Of a stretch of 64,000 nt of DNA, positions 8,703 to 19,355 are shown piece by piece. The position numbers and the translations under genes are program-made. Source of the DNA: a virus (lineage: Duplodnaviria; Heunggongvirae; Uroviricota; Caudoviricetes); the IMG/VR virus record IMGVR_UViG_3300020577_007233, positions 125,593-189,592 of that record, one strand, 5' to 3'. The notes beneath the pieces were generated by a model. The model had not been told where the DNA came from. It searched no databases and saw nothing but the letters and a program-made list of their open reading frames with translations. Positions within the stretch are counted from its first letter, which is position 1; every line of letters begins with the position of its first letter.

Positions 8703-11700
8703 TTATACTCCAATACAATGAATTACATATCGTCCAAACGTTCCATTTGGAGCTACTGCTACTACATCAAAACCCGTTCCATTAACAATATTTGTTGCAT
8801 AGACTTGAATCTGCTCTAACATATAATCGTCTATATCATGTTCTGCTGTTGCCTCAGCAAACAAAGAGCAAACTATCTTACTAGAAGCCGTTACCCACGA
8901 TTGCCCGGTTACTGTAACGCTGGCGGAATACGCCTCACCAGAAGAGGCAGAACCAAAATCAACAGTTGCGGCTACAACATTTGAAGTTGCCGCCCATGAT
9001 GTATTAGTTCCATTTGTAGTTAAAACCTTTCCAGAGTTACCCGTCTGAGAAGGAGCAAGAGCGTTGAAGGCGTCGTTTGGTGAGGTTTGTCCAGTACCTC
9101 CCTTGTTGATAGCAATTGTTGAGCCGCTCCACGTTCCTGTTGCAATGGTTCCCAAAGTTGTTATGTTTGTTGAACCAGTCCAAGTAGAAAGTGCTGTGTT
9201 TTCAACGTTATTCAACGAAAGCAACGTCTTTGTAGTAGCAGCAGAAAGCTCTTCAACGTTGCCGGTTCCGCCAGTATTTCTACCAAGAATAGAAGCTGTT
9301 GATATTTGTTGAAACTTTGCAAATGTAACAGCGTTGGCAGCAATCGTTGCCGCATAGCTACCGCTAGTCATTGCGGATGTTGTTACGTCTCCGCCAGTAA
9401 GAGTAATAGTTTGATCGCCGGTGTTTGTTCCAGAAACATCAGCATTACCAGAAACGGTAAGCGTTCTAGAAGCTGTTCCGCCTGCAATAGTAAAGCCAAC
9501 CGCTTGCGAAGCAAGAGTCAAAGCGTTTACAGTTGATGGAGTTATAGCGCCCAGAGTCAATGTTATAGCAGGAGTTGTTGTGCTTGTTGCAACGCTACCA
9601 GAAATTCCGTTTGCTGTCACAACGGAAACATCTGTTACAGTTCCAGAGCCGGCCACAGCCACCCAAGATGTATTAGAACCATCACTTTGAAGAAATTTAC
9701 CATTATGCCCTGTTTGTGATGGAAGTAGGGCGTTCAATCCAGCATTAGCCGAGGTTTGTCCTGTACCTCCATATGATACACCAACAGCCGAACCTGTCCA
9801 TGTTCCTGTTGTAATGGTTCCAACAGTTACAATACTTGTAGATCCCGCAACAGGCGAGAACGAAGAAGCTTCCGCTCCGTCGAGCAAATCTGCATTCAAG
9901 TTGGTAACTTTAGTTGTTGAAGCAACGATGAAAGGAGCGGTTCCGGTTGATATAAGAGATTCAAGAACACCAGTAGAAAGAACTTGAAGAACTGTTGATG
10001 AGTTTGTTTTCCAGAACTGAAGCTTACCTGTATGAGAAGCTGAACCTTGGACAGTTAAAACATCAGCAGTTGTTGCTACTCCCTTAACCAATAATGCGCC
10101 GTTGTTGAAATCCCATGTAAAATTTGAATCTCCACCAAAACTTGTTTCAGTATTGTACTGAACGCTGTAGTCTGTTCCACCAGGGCTAGTAACAGAAATT
10201 GGAGGAGAAGCCCAATTGCCATCTGCTCTCAAGAAAGTATATGTTCCTCCGCCTGACGCAGGAGCAAGACCTTTCAAAGAAGAAGTAAAAACATCAAGCA
10301 ATGTTGTTGTTTGAGTTCCAGTCATTGCTTCAACGTTGCCTGAGCCACCAGTAACTCTTCCAAGAATTCTAGCTGTTGAAACAGTAGCCATCTTCGCAAG
10401 AGTAACGGCATTGTTAGCGATAGTCAAAGCTCCGCCGCTGGCAATGGTTGCATCGCCACTCATTGTTGCAAAAGCTACACCACCAGCAGTGCTTGTAGCC
10501 ATACAAATCTGAGTATTAGTCGTTGAAGTAGAGGCAGCAACGATAACCGTTCCTGTTAGGTTGGGAAGAGTCTGCGTTTTACCGTTTGAAGAAGTTGTTC
10601 CTTGAAGGGTTATTCTATTGGCTGAAGTTCCAAACTGAATGGAACCATTGCCAGTTGTATCTATAGAACCGCCACCGTTAGACGTTGTTATAGAACCACC
10701 AGCAGCCGAAGCTCCGCCAGAAGTGTTAATAGAACCACCAGCGAAACCGGCAGTAACACCAGAACCTGAAGTTCCGCTTGTATTTATTGTTCCGCCAGCA
10801 CCACCAACGCCTGAAGAGCCGCCAGAACCTCCTGACGTATTAATCGTGCCTCCTGCTGCTCCGTTTCCGCTAGTTGAACCGGCGGCTCCTCCAAAAAGAG
10901 ACAAAGAGCCAGCAGCGCCAGCCGTTGCTGTTCCTCCGCCGTTGCCAGCGCCACCGTACATGCTTATTGTACCACCAGCACCTCCTGAAGAGCCGCCAAT
11001 GGTATCTCCGCCGTATGTATAGACATGACCAGCAGCCCCTCCAGGACCGGATGCGGAAGCGCCTGCATAAGTGTATATGTTACCGCCAGAAATCGTACCA
11101 TAAGCATCGGTTCTAATAGAGCCAGCAGCAGCGGCAGGAGATCCAATAGAAGAAGCAGAACCAATCATACTGATAGAACCACCCGCTCCGCCAGCATGGG
11201 TAGAAGAGGCGGCTCCTCCGCTTGTGTTTATTGCTCCACCAGCGCCACCAACACCGCCCGATGATCCATCGCCTCCGTAGGTGTAAACATTGCCACCAAC
11301 GCCTCCGACATTTGTGCTTGTTGCACCAGCATAAGAAAGATGAGAACCACCAGCAACGGTTCCGGCTCCTGAAGTGTTTATAGAACCACCAGAGCCAGTT
11401 GATCCTGCTGACGTTGTAAGACTACCGGCACTTCCTGTTGAAGAGCCTCCAACCATTGCTATAGAGCCGCCATTTGCGGTAGAAGAAGCCGAGAGGTTAA
11501 CGCTTCCGCTTGTTCTGCCAGAGAAACTGTTAGAGGTTATGACTGTTCTTGTTCCGCCAGAACCTGAGTTAGAATTGATTGTAATAGTACCGTTTACAAC
11601 CAAAGCACCTGTTGATGCCGCTCCAATTGTTGTTATGTTAGAAGTTCCAGCCCAAGTTGAAAGAGCAGTATTTTCAACGTTGTTCAAAGAGAGCAATGTC

Positions 11701-13454
11701 TTTGTAGTAGCAGCGCTTAAAACCTCAACGTTACCAGTGCCACCAGTATTCCTACCAAGAATAGAAGCCGTCGCAATCTGTGCCATCATTGCAAGAGTGA
11801 CAACGTTAGTACCGATTGCGGTAGTGATTGCCGTTGTTCCAGAGCCAGAAACATCACCAGATAGTGTTATTGTTTGGTTGCCAGTAAGATAAGTAGAAGT
11901 ATCAACAGAAAGAGTTCCATCGCCTGCTGATGTCTTGACAAAACCATTTGAGGTCAAGTTAGAAAGCTTTGCTATGTTCTGAGTAGTATTGACAGTTATT
12001 GTGTTGGTGCTTCTTGTAAGTCCTGTTGAGAACGTCAAAGGAACTTCATAAGCAGAAGAAGCTGTGAAGGCAGCGCTACCTAACGCACCTCCCGATCCAA
12101 TATTCAATGTAGAAGAATCAGTTCCAGCAAGAGTTAGAGTGTTAGAAACCGTGAGCGTCTTGGAAGTCGTTCCACCTGCAACGGTAAAGCCAACAGCTTG
12201 CGAAGCAAAAGTCAAACCGTTTACTGTCGAGGGTGTTATTGCTCCCAAAGTCAACGTTATAGCAGGAGTTGTTGTGCTTGTTGCAACGCTACCAGAGACA
12301 CCGTTAGCTGTTACAACAGAAACGTCAGTTACTGTTCCTGAAGTTACAGCAACCCAAGAAGTATTAGAACCGTCAGTTTGAAGGAACTTACCGTTATGAG
12401 TACCTTGAGAGGGCAGCAAGGCATTCAGGGCGGCATTGGCAGAGGTTTGCCCTGTACCTCCGTAAAGTACACCAATTGTTGAACCACTCCATGTACCCGT
12501 TGCAATGGTTCCCAAAGTTGTTATGTTTGTTGAACCAGCCCAGGTAGAAAGTGCAGTATTTTCAACGTTATTCAAAGAAAGCAACGTCTTTGTGGTGGCT
12601 GCTGAAAGTTCTTCAACGTTACCAGTGCCGCCGGTATTTCTGCCAAGAATAGAAGCTGTTGATATCTGTTGGAATTTTGCAAAGGTAACAGCGTTGGTTC
12701 CTATTGTTGCTGTTATTGCTGTTGCACCAGATCCAGAAACATCACCAGACAACGTTATTGTCTGGTTACCAGTAAGATAAGTGTTTGTGTCAACAGAGAG
12801 AGTTCCATCGCCTGCTGATGTCTTGACAAAACCATTTGAGGTCAAGTTAGAAAGCTTTGCTATGTTCTGAGTAGTATTGACAGTTATTGTGTTTGTAGAA
12901 CGAGTAAGCCCTGTAGAAAAGGTCAAAGGAACTTCATAAGCAGAAGAAGCAGTGAAAGCGGCAGAACCAAGAGTTCCACCACTTCCAATATTCAATGTAG
13001 AAGAATCAGTTCCAGCAAGAGTTAGAGTGTTAGAAACTGTTAGTGTCTTAGAAGTAGTTCCACCTGCAACGGTAAAACCAGTAGCGGCAGAGGTTAGGAT
13101 AAGACCATTAACTGTCGAGGGTGTTATTGCTCCCAAAGTCAACGTTATAGCAGGAGTTGTTGTACTTGTTGCAACGCTACCAGAGACACCGTTAGCTGTT
13201 ACAACAGAAACGTCAGTTACTGTTCCAACGCTAGATACGGTTGTCCAAGACACGTTGGAACCATCAGTTGTCAAAAACTTGCCAGAGTTACCAGTTTGGG
13301 TTGGCAAAAGAATTGTTAGATAGCTTGTGGGTGTTTTGTTTTCCCACTTTAAGGTTGAGCTATTGTAGACCAATACATCGTTATTCGCCAAAGAAGTTAG
13401 CGTAACGTCTGATTGTTGACTTATTTGATCTACAACTCTAATAGCAATAGGCAT
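8703..13454 (-). CDS. Long fibre protein (1583 aa) with internal repeats and a Gly-rich GG-x-I-x-T-x-GG region
   Basis: Repeated GGTGQTS..ALNALLPSQ..GKFL.TDGSN.SW, GTVTDVSVVTANG and ASILGRNTGGTGNVEEL modules typical of phage fibres. Extreme S/T/G/A content. Confidence 0.8.
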   Translation of the reverse strand: MPIAIRVVDQISQQSDVTLTSLANNDVLVYNSSTLKWENKTPTSYLTILLPTQTGNSGKFLTTDGSNVSWTTVSSVGTVTDVSVVTANGVSGSVATSTTTPAITLTLGAITPSTVNGLILTSAATGFTVAGGTTSKTLTVSNTLTLAGTDSSTLNIGSGGTLGSAAFTASSAYEVPLTFSTGLTRSTNTITVNTTQNIAKLSNLTSNGFVKTSAGDGTLSVDTNTYLTGNQTITLSGDVSGSGATAITATIGTNAVTFAKFQQISTASILGRNTGGTGNVEELSAATTKTLLSLNNVENTALSTWAGSTNITTLGTIATGTWSGSTIGVLYGGTGQTSANAALNALLPSQGTHNGKFLQTDGSNTSWVAVTSGTVTDVSVVTANGVSGSVATSTTTPAITLTLGAITPSTVNGLTFASQAVGFTVAGGTTSKTLTVSNTLTLAGTDSSTLNIGSGGALGSAAFTASSAYEVPLTFSTGLTRSTNTITVNTTQNIAKLSNLTSNGFVKTSAGDGTLSVDTSTYLTGNQTITLSGDVSGSGTTAITTAIGTNVVTLAMMAQIATASILGRNTGGTGNVEVLSAATTKTLLSLNNVENTALSTWAGTSNITTIGAASTGALVVNGTITINSNSGSGGTRTVITSNSFSGRTSGSVNLSASSTANGGSIAMVGGSSTGSAGSLTTSAGSTGSGGSINTSGAGTVAGGSHLSYAGATSTNVGGVGGNVYTYGGDGSSGGVGGAGGAINTSGGAASSTHAGGAGGSISMIGSASSIGSPAAAAGSIRTDAYGTISGGNIYTYAGASASGPGGAAGHVYTYGGDTIGGSSGGAGGTISMYGGAGNGGGTATAGAAGSLSLFGGAAGSTSGNGAAGGTINTSGGSGGSSGVGGAGGTINTSGTSGSGVTAGFAGGSINTSGGASAAGGSITTSNGGGSIDTTGNGSIQFGTSANRITLQGTTSSNGKTQTLPNLTGTVIVAASTSTTNTQICMATSTAGGVAFATMSGDATIASGGALTIANNAVTLAKMATVSTARILGRVTGGSGNVEAMTGTQTTTLLDVFTSSLKGLAPASGGGTYTFLRADGNWASPPISVTSPGGTDYSVQYNTETSFGGDSNFTWDFNNGALLVKGVATTADVLTVQGSASHTGKLQFWKTNSSTVLQVLSTGVLESLISTGTAPFIVASTTKVTNLNADLLDGAEASSFSPVAGSTSIVTVGTITTGTWTGSAVGVSYGGTGQTSANAGLNALLPSQTGHNGKFLQSDGSNTSWVAVAGSGTVTDVSVVTANGISGSVATSTTTPAITLTLGAITPSTVNALTLASQAVGFTIAGGTASRTLTVSGNADVSGTNTGDQTITLTGGDVTTSAMTSGSYAATIAANAVTFAKFQQISTASILGRNTGGTGNVEELSAATTKTLLSLNNVENTALSTWTGSTNITTLGTIATGTWSGSTIAINKGGTGQTSPNDAFNALAPSQTGNSGKVLTTNGTNTSWAATSNVVAATVDFGSASSGEAYSASVTVTGQSWVTASSKIVCSLFAEATAEHDIDDYMLEQIQVYATNIVNGTGFDVVAVAPNGTFGRYVIHCIGV
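11630..13290. repeat. ~888-bp (296-codon) tandem duplication inside the long fibre gene
   Basis: ccagtaagataagt...agagttccatcgcctgctgatgtcttgacaaaaccatttgaggtcaagttagaaagc occurs at 11881 and 12769 (offset 888). Boundaries approximate. Confidence 0.85.
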
Positions 13455-13469
13455 TAGCGTAAAACTCCA

Positions 13470-14207
13470 TTATCCACTAAATCGCATATCAGATCCTGGA
13501 CCCCTAGAACCTTTCGGACCTATCTTGGGGCTTTGGATCGTTGGCGACCCTTTTGGCTTAGAAGAACAACACTCTTCAAGAAGCGTAAATGTCTTCTCTA
13601 TACTACTACCAAGTTCGCTATTAACCTTGGAAAGTTCTTCGAGAGTTTTGCCTGTTGAAAGCGTAATAGCCGCCAATATATGCCTTTCAAGCTCAGTAAA
13701 ATCGCATTCTGTTGTACCGCTGGCCGTAAGGGTTCTTGTGGTATACTCCCAAATCTGTTGAGGAGTAACTCCTGAAAAGTTTGTAAGTTCCCTTGTCCCA
13801 TATTCCCAAACGGCTTTTGCTGTTTCAAGCCAATCGTTCCTACCCCAACAAACCTTAACATTTCCTGTATTGAGGTCCGCTATTCTACTTGGGGTTGAGC
13901 CTTTTTTCTGCCAAACTTCAAGAAAGTAGTATTGACCCTCAGAAACGGAGGGTATGTTTGTGACATCCGAAATCTCATATGAGTACCAACCAAGCCGTTC
14001 TGAATTTTCAGTTAGCGTCATTGCAAAAGAGCTATGGGAAGCAAGGGTATACGTTTGGAAACTTGACTCAGAAGGATTCCACGCCTTAGTTGGGTCTTGT
14101 GCTGAAAAAAGGATTGCATAAAAGCTAAGACTCTTTTGATCGCTATAGGTAATCAAAAAAGTCGAGCCTGTTTCAGAGATGCAATCATTACAAAATTGAT
14201 TAGCCAT
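13470..14207 (-). CDS. Putative virion structural protein
   Basis: Tandem VWEYGTRELT / IWEYTTRTLT motif seen in phage structural proteins. Lies between fibre genes. Confidence 0.55.
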   Translation of the reverse strand: MANQFCNDCISETGSTFLITYSDQKSLSFYAILFSAQDPTKAWNPSESSFQTYTLASHSSFAMTLTENSERLGWYSYEISDVTNIPSVSEGQYYFLEVWQKKGSTPSRIADLNTGNVKVCWGRNDWLETAKAVWEYGTRELTNFSGVTPQQIWEYTTRTLTASGTTECDFTELERHILAAITLSTGKTLEELSKVNSELGSSIEKTFTLLEECCSSKPKGSPTIQSPKIGPKGSRGPGSDMRFSG

Positions 14208-14218
14208 GCATTACCACC

Positions 14219-16975
14219 TTAGACAGTATATACTTTCCAGTTGTTTTCCGTTGAATCATAAACGCATATAGCCATACCGCCAAAGGTGACCGTCAAATCC
14301 ACACCACCGACACAATCAAAACGATTAGCTGCGGAAGAACTTGCGTGCTGATGAGATATTGTCAACTTCTGTCCACAAGACAAAAGGCATACAATATACA
14401 CAACTCTACCTCCGTACTGTGTTCCAGCAATACCTGTAAACAAACTTGAACCATCTGAGTCAACAGCAAGATAGCTTGTTGCATCATCAATGGCATAGTT
14501 ATTCACATCCGCTGCCATCGTTATGTTTTCTTGCGAAGAAGTTTGCAAGACACCTCTTTTTGCGTTAGGGGTAAAGTAGAGTATTTTGTTTGTTCTTTCA
14601 ATAGCACCAGACTCTGGAGAACTCATGAGCGAACCGTTTTCAATCTTAAGCGGAGCAGTGGAGGCCGCTGTCGTGCCTCCTTTGATATTAAGATATGCCG
14701 AAGGCGAAATAACTCCGATTCCTACGGTTTCTTCAAAATAAGCAGTATAGTTAGCTGTTGCACCTGAAGGTTTTGCAACATACAAGCTGTATGCGTTTGT
14801 CGCTGTCGATACGCCCCCAGCTTCAATCCTCAAAGCAGAGGTGTTTGTAAGTGTAGTATTTGTGCCTTTGACAGGAGCGCCAGTTATAGAAACCGTTGAA
14901 GCATGAGAAAGCGTTGAAGCTCCAACAAAACCGTATGTAGGAGCTTGGATTCTCATTGCCCTCTGTGTAGTAAGAGCGCCAGTTGCAAACTGAACTGTTC
15001 TAGCAAGGTTGAAGTTGATATCTGTTGCTTCAGTTGATGCCGTAAGTGTTGTGTGAGCAGGGCCGGTTACTACTACAAGATTAGGAGAACCAGTTGTCCT
15101 AACAATAGGAGCTATAGTTGTATCTCCGTTTGCGCTTACAGAGAAAACAGTTGTCGGAGTAACAGTTTGAAGCTGAAGTAAGTCTGCCGATTGAGAAGTT
15201 GTTCCTCTTATGATTGTTGCGACTCTGCTTGCAGAACCATTGAAAACATTGAACTGACCCGTTCCTTTGGTTGTTGAGTTAATAGCTACCGTCGTGTCAG
15301 CAGAGAGCAAAAGCTGAATGGTTGCATCAGCAAACGGATCTGTCGAGTTATAGCCCGGAGAAACTCCAAAGAACATTTCGGAAGGAACGCTATTAGAAGC
15401 GATTGTTCCATTGGCTCTGACGCCAAACGTTCCAACCTGCCTTAGTGTATTAACAGCGTCTGCTGCTCTAAACAAAAAGACTCCGAGATAGTCAAGTGTA
15501 TTAACAGATGTGGTAGAAGATTTTGAACCTCTTGATTTAGCATAAGATATAGCTGCGGGAGTATTGTTTGCTGCATGATTTTCAACAAGAAACTGAGCAT
15601 TAGAACTATTACTAGAAGACACAACATCAAGAGTGCCTGTTGGATCAACAGTTCCTACTCCAACAAAACCACCAGTAAAGCCTGCTGCATAATTGTTGGT
15701 TGCTCCTGTTTGCGCATTAACGTATATACCATAGGAATTTGTTGCCGTAGAAACAGCCCCTGCTTCAACCAAGAAAGCTGAAGTATTGGTGATTGCAACG
15801 TTTGTACTTTTTACAGGAGCACCCGAGACAACCAAGGTTGCGGCGCTTGTTATTGTTTGAGTCGCAGCCGATGCGGTAAAAGTAGCGCCCTTAATGTAAA
15901 AAGATCTGATGTTTGAAATGGTTGCGCCGGTTGTAAACTGAACGCTTCTGTTTAACTCAAACAGTACATCATTAACATCACCGACCTGAAGCCCGGTGTG
16001 ATTTGCCAAAACTCCATAAAAGTGTAAGAGCTTAGGATTGAGAACGCCATTTTGAGTTGGACAATTCGTAACAATCTTAAGGGGAATTTCTATGTATTGT
16101 TGAGTTCCTGCAATCAATATTGCGGAATCCGAACCAAAGTTACCTCTTCCATACCTAATCTGCATATCAAGACCAGATAGATCTACACCGTTATTGTAAG
16201 GACCAAAATAGAATGTATCATCAAAGTAAAGGGTAAAAATCTCAATAGGAGCGCTGGATGTGTTTCTCGAATAAAGAATCGATCCATTGTTTAGCATAAG
16301 GCCTGAATGAACAGTTACTATTTCTAACAGAGAAGGATCTTGCCCAATAGAGAAAATCAAGTTAGAGCTACCATCATAGGAGGCTAAGAAGGTTTGAACA
16401 AAATTGGAATTGAAAAACGAAAAAGTTGTTGTGGCATTATCATAAGCAAAGAAGTCATTGGTCACATAAACTTGACCTGTTGATGATAAACAGAGAAAAG
16501 AGTTGTTAACAAGAGAATTTTGAGGTGGTAAGGTTATTGTATAACTTGCAGAAACAGATGAAGGAGCCTTGATAGAAATAGTATCAGTTCCATTTGAGTT
16601 TAGTTCTTCAAGTGAAATTTGACCTGCATTCTTGAAAAGAATCGAACCCGCCGTTCCAGAAGAACCAATAGACAATGCGTTTGTTGTCTTGTTCCATGTA
16701 AACTGAGCATCGCCACCAAGAACGCCAGCGTCATTGAACTGAACGTAAGTATCACTGCCGCCAGGTATAGCTACTGCCGCTAACTGGGACCATCCTGTGT
16801 TTCCAACGCCTGAACCCTTAACCCAAAGAACAGAGCTAGATCCTGAAGCCGAACCATCCAAATACATACTACCAACTGGTGCTGTTTCTACAGACTCTGG
16901 GCTGCCGCTACCGTATGTTATCAACTGAGCGTTAGTGCCTAAAGAAATCGAAGTTAGGAAATTCGCATTAGCCAT
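14219..16975 (-). CDS. Fibre/spike-like protein (918 aa) with an internal ~105-aa duplicated domain
   Basis: N-terminal GSPESVETAPVGSMYL..LWVK.SG.GNTGW tailspike-type motif. PGGSDTYVQFND module is shared with the long fibre. Two copies of NxxRxVQFxTGA...GAPVKxTN..TNTSA..EAG.VSTATN.Y. Confidence 0.7.
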   Translation of the reverse strand: MANANFLTSISLGTNAQLITYGSGSPESVETAPVGSMYLDGSASGSSSVLWVKGSGVGNTGWSQLAAVAIPGGSDTYVQFNDAGVLGGDAQFTWNKTTNALSIGSSGTAGSILFKNAGQISLEELNSNGTDTISIKAPSSVSASYTITLPPQNSLVNNSFLCLSSTGQVYVTNDFFAYDNATTTFSFFNSNFVQTFLASYDGSSNLIFSIGQDPSLLEIVTVHSGLMLNNGSILYSRNTSSAPIEIFTLYFDDTFYFGPYNNGVDLSGLDMQIRYGRGNFGSDSAILIAGTQQYIEIPLKIVTNCPTQNGVLNPKLLHFYGVLANHTGLQVGDVNDVLFELNRSVQFTTGATISNIRSFYIKGATFTASAATQTITSAATLVVSGAPVKSTNVAITNTSAFLVEAGAVSTATNSYGIYVNAQTGATNNYAAGFTGGFVGVGTVDPTGTLDVVSSSNSSNAQFLVENHAANNTPAAISYAKSRGSKSSTTSVNTLDYLGVFLFRAADAVNTLRQVGTFGVRANGTIASNSVPSEMFFGVSPGYNSTDPFADATIQLLLSADTTVAINSTTKGTGQFNVFNGSASRVATIIRGTTSQSADLLQLQTVTPTTVFSVSANGDTTIAPIVRTTGSPNLVVVTGPAHTTLTASTEATDINFNLARTVQFATGALTTQRAMRIQAPTYGFVGASTLSHASTVSITGAPVKGTNTTLTNTSALRIEAGGVSTATNAYSLYVAKPSGATANYTAYFEETVGIGVISPSAYLNIKGGTTAASTAPLKIENGSLMSSPESGAIERTNKILYFTPNAKRGVLQTSSQENITMAADVNNYAIDDATSYLAVDSDGSSLFTGIAGTQYGGRVVYIVCLLSCGQKLTISHQHASSSAANRFDCVGGVDLTVTFGGMAICVYDSTENNWKVYTV

Positions 16976-16980
16976 TTACT

Positions 16981-19335
16981 TTATCCCATTATGACAACTC
17001 TATATGTGACACCATTTCCCGGAGCCACCTTGAATGTTATTGCAACATAGTTACTGTTGCTGGTATCGACACCTGTTGTCGCTAACAGATTTGCAGAATC
17101 ATAAACTTGAACTATAACATTCTTGGTACTCATATTATGAGAAATGTTGAATGAAGTTGAAGACCCGTTACCAGTAATGGTTCCTGTTGCTTTTCTTCCT
17201 ACTATCCATTCATAAGTTCCATTATCTAAGTACCATTGCTGGTCAACAGATTCCTTGAACCTCAAAAAGGCGTTATCTCCGGTTCCTGCTGAGTTTCGTT
17301 CAATTTCAATACCAGAATCAATAGCATAAGCTACGCTATTTAGTGTAATGAAATTGTCTTCTATCAAGACGTTCTGAGTATTAATTGTTGTTGTAACGCC
17401 CATAACCGTCAGATTTCCGGCAAGCCAAAGGTCTCCGCCTGAGCTAACTGTCATCAAATAACCACCGCTATTTGTAACCACTTGAAATAAATCAAACGAC
17501 TGAGAAGAATGTCCCTTAACAACAAGAGGTATGTAATTGTCTGATGGCTGTATGACATTTCTTGAGGAAGATGTTGGGTTTATTACAACGGCGTCTGAGG
17601 TAATAAGAGCCGTTGTAAGATCGGAAGCTATGATGTTTCTGAAAACTACATCGCCAAGAGTTGTTGAATTTGCAACAGCAAAATTGTCTGCAACTTGAGA
17701 ACCGCTGGCAACGACAACGTTATACGAAGCACTGCCTGGCTGAGGAATGGTAAGCGTTAGATCAGTTGCTGCTCCGCTTGTTTTTCTAAGAGTAACTCGT
17801 CCTTGCGATGATCTGCCAAGCTGTATATACGAAGTATTTGCGTTTGTTACTATAGAGCCGCCACCATCGGAAATGTTGATAGATCCGCCCGTACCGTTAG
17901 TTCCTGCATTCGACAGTATATTGCCGCCTGAGTAGCTTTGATAAGCATAAGTGTATATATTGCCTCCGCTACCTCCCGCAGTAAAGGCTGAAGGACCAGC
18001 CGCACCGTGTGTATCTATGGTTCCTCCGGCTCCTCCAGGAGATGTTGAGTCAGATGCATTACCCATACCTCCATACAGAGAAAGACTACCACCCGCACCT
18101 CCGTAAGAGTCGTCAGCACCGCCGCCAGCGCCTCCGTAAATAAGTATCGAGCCTCCGTCTCCACCTGTAACTCCAACGCCACTAACACCCCCATCGCCAC
18201 CCTGTGTTTGAATGGTTCCGCCAGCGCCGCCGATATCAGCATCGTCGCCTCCGCTAAAGGTATAAATGGTTCCGCCAGCTTGAGAACCATATGCTGAAAT
18301 GTTCAAAGAACCAGAATTAGCGCTAGCAACTCCTGAGCCTATAGCAGAAATATCTCCGCCAAGTCCGACGTTAGCCCTTAAGTCCAAAGAGCCACCACGA
18401 GCACCCGACACAGAACCTCCAATAGTTATTAGATTTCCGCCCCAGGCATTTGCGGAGGTTCCTGCATAAGTATAAATGTTACCGCCTCGACAATTAGTAT
18501 TGCCATAACCATGAGTATCAATATTTCCGCCACCAGCAGAACCAAACGAAGAGCCAACCGTATTTATGTATCCTCCATCAGAATTGGTTCCAGCAGAAGT
18601 GTTGATATATCCGGTAACCCTGCCAGAATAAGCGTCCATCTTGATATATCCAAGAGTTCCAGCAGAGGCGGCGTTAGTGTTGAGTATGAACGAAAAAGTA
18701 GAAGAGGCGCTTCTATAAAGAGACATTAAGCCAGTTGAGCCTGACGTTTGTACAGAAAAGACATTATGAGCAGAGCTAAATGAACCGCTTGATGCTTTCA
18801 CCGTCAAGCTTGTTACGTCAGCAACAGTTGGAGCAATAGTGTTTCTTGAGGATGTTGCGGGGGTCTCAAATATGTACTGCGAATGATCGTCATCAGAAAG
18901 ACCTGTTAGAAGGCCGTGATCTGTTGTTCCGCCAGTGCCTGACATCGAAACCCATGTTGACCCATTATAGAAGTAAGTCAAGTTTGTAGAACTGTTGTAG
19001 TAAAATTGTCCTATAGCGGGATTGGAAGGCGGAGAGTCATGAATATCAAAAATGTAGTAGAGTATAGGATTGGCTTCAATGTCGCAAAGGCGCAAAGCCA
19101 CTTGATCTAAAGCATCTCCAACGCTTGCTGGTTCTGAACTTCCAATCCAACAAGAAAGCGATTCATCAGATGGAGTGTATTCTATCGAGAAGGCGTTATA
19201 TGACCTTCCAGCTAACTCGTCCAAAGCCATTTGAACGGTTGATGGACTACTTTCCCAGTCTACTGAAATGGACGGAATAAAGCTAACTTGAGTAGCATCA
19301 ATAGAAGACAGGCTATTGCGAGGGACAAAAGGCAT
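16981..19335 (-). CDS. Fibre-like protein (784 aa) with Gly-rich repeat region
   Basis: Two P.sV..ALD.lA.R N-terminal motifs, then GGNIYTYAG-type repeats and a C-terminal HNMSTKNVIVQVYD domain. Confidence 0.7.
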   Translation of the reverse strand: MPFVPRNSLSSIDATQVSFIPSISVDWESSPSTVQMALDELAGRSYNAFSIEYTPSDESLSCWIGSSEPASVGDALDQVALRLCDIEANPILYYIFDIHDSPPSNPAIGQFYYNSSTNLTYFYNGSTWVSMSGTGGTTDHGLLTGLSDDDHSQYIFETPATSSRNTIAPTVADVTSLTVKASSGSFSSAHNVFSVQTSGSTGLMSLYRSASSTFSFILNTNAASAGTLGYIKMDAYSGRVTGYINTSAGTNSDGGYINTVGSSFGSAGGGNIDTHGYGNTNCRGGNIYTYAGTSANAWGGNLITIGGSVSGARGGSLDLRANVGLGGDISAIGSGVASANSGSLNISAYGSQAGGTIYTFSGGDDADIGGAGGTIQTQGGDGGVSGVGVTGGDGGSILIYGGAGGGADDSYGGAGGSLSLYGGMGNASDSTSPGGAGGTIDTHGAAGPSAFTAGGSGGNIYTYAYQSYSGGNILSNAGTNGTGGSINISDGGGSIVTNANTSYIQLGRSSQGRVTLRKTSGAATDLTLTIPQPGSASYNVVVASGSQVADNFAVANSTTLGDVVFRNIIASDLTTALITSDAVVINPTSSSRNVIQPSDNYIPLVVKGHSSQSFDLFQVVTNSGGYLMTVSSGGDLWLAGNLTVMGVTTTINTQNVLIEDNFITLNSVAYAIDSGIEIERNSAGTGDNAFLRFKESVDQQWYLDNGTYEWIVGRKATGTITGNGSSTSFNISHNMSTKNVIVQVYDSANLLATTGVDTSNSNYVAITFKVAPGNGVTYRVVIMG

Positions 19336-19355
19336 TTAGTTCATAATCTCCCTAG

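Noticed and set aside
4824-13290. Diversity-generating retroelement (TR/VR) explanation for repeats in the fibre and paralog genes
   Set aside because: There is no reverse transcriptase in the window. The repeats are identical or differ at all base types, and are not confined to C-terminal variable regions.
19333-19352. Mini-ORF ATG AAC TAA directly before the 784-aa fibre start, sharing the GGGAG RBS
   Set aside because: A two-codon ORF could be chance or simple re-initiation. There is no further support for a regulatory role.
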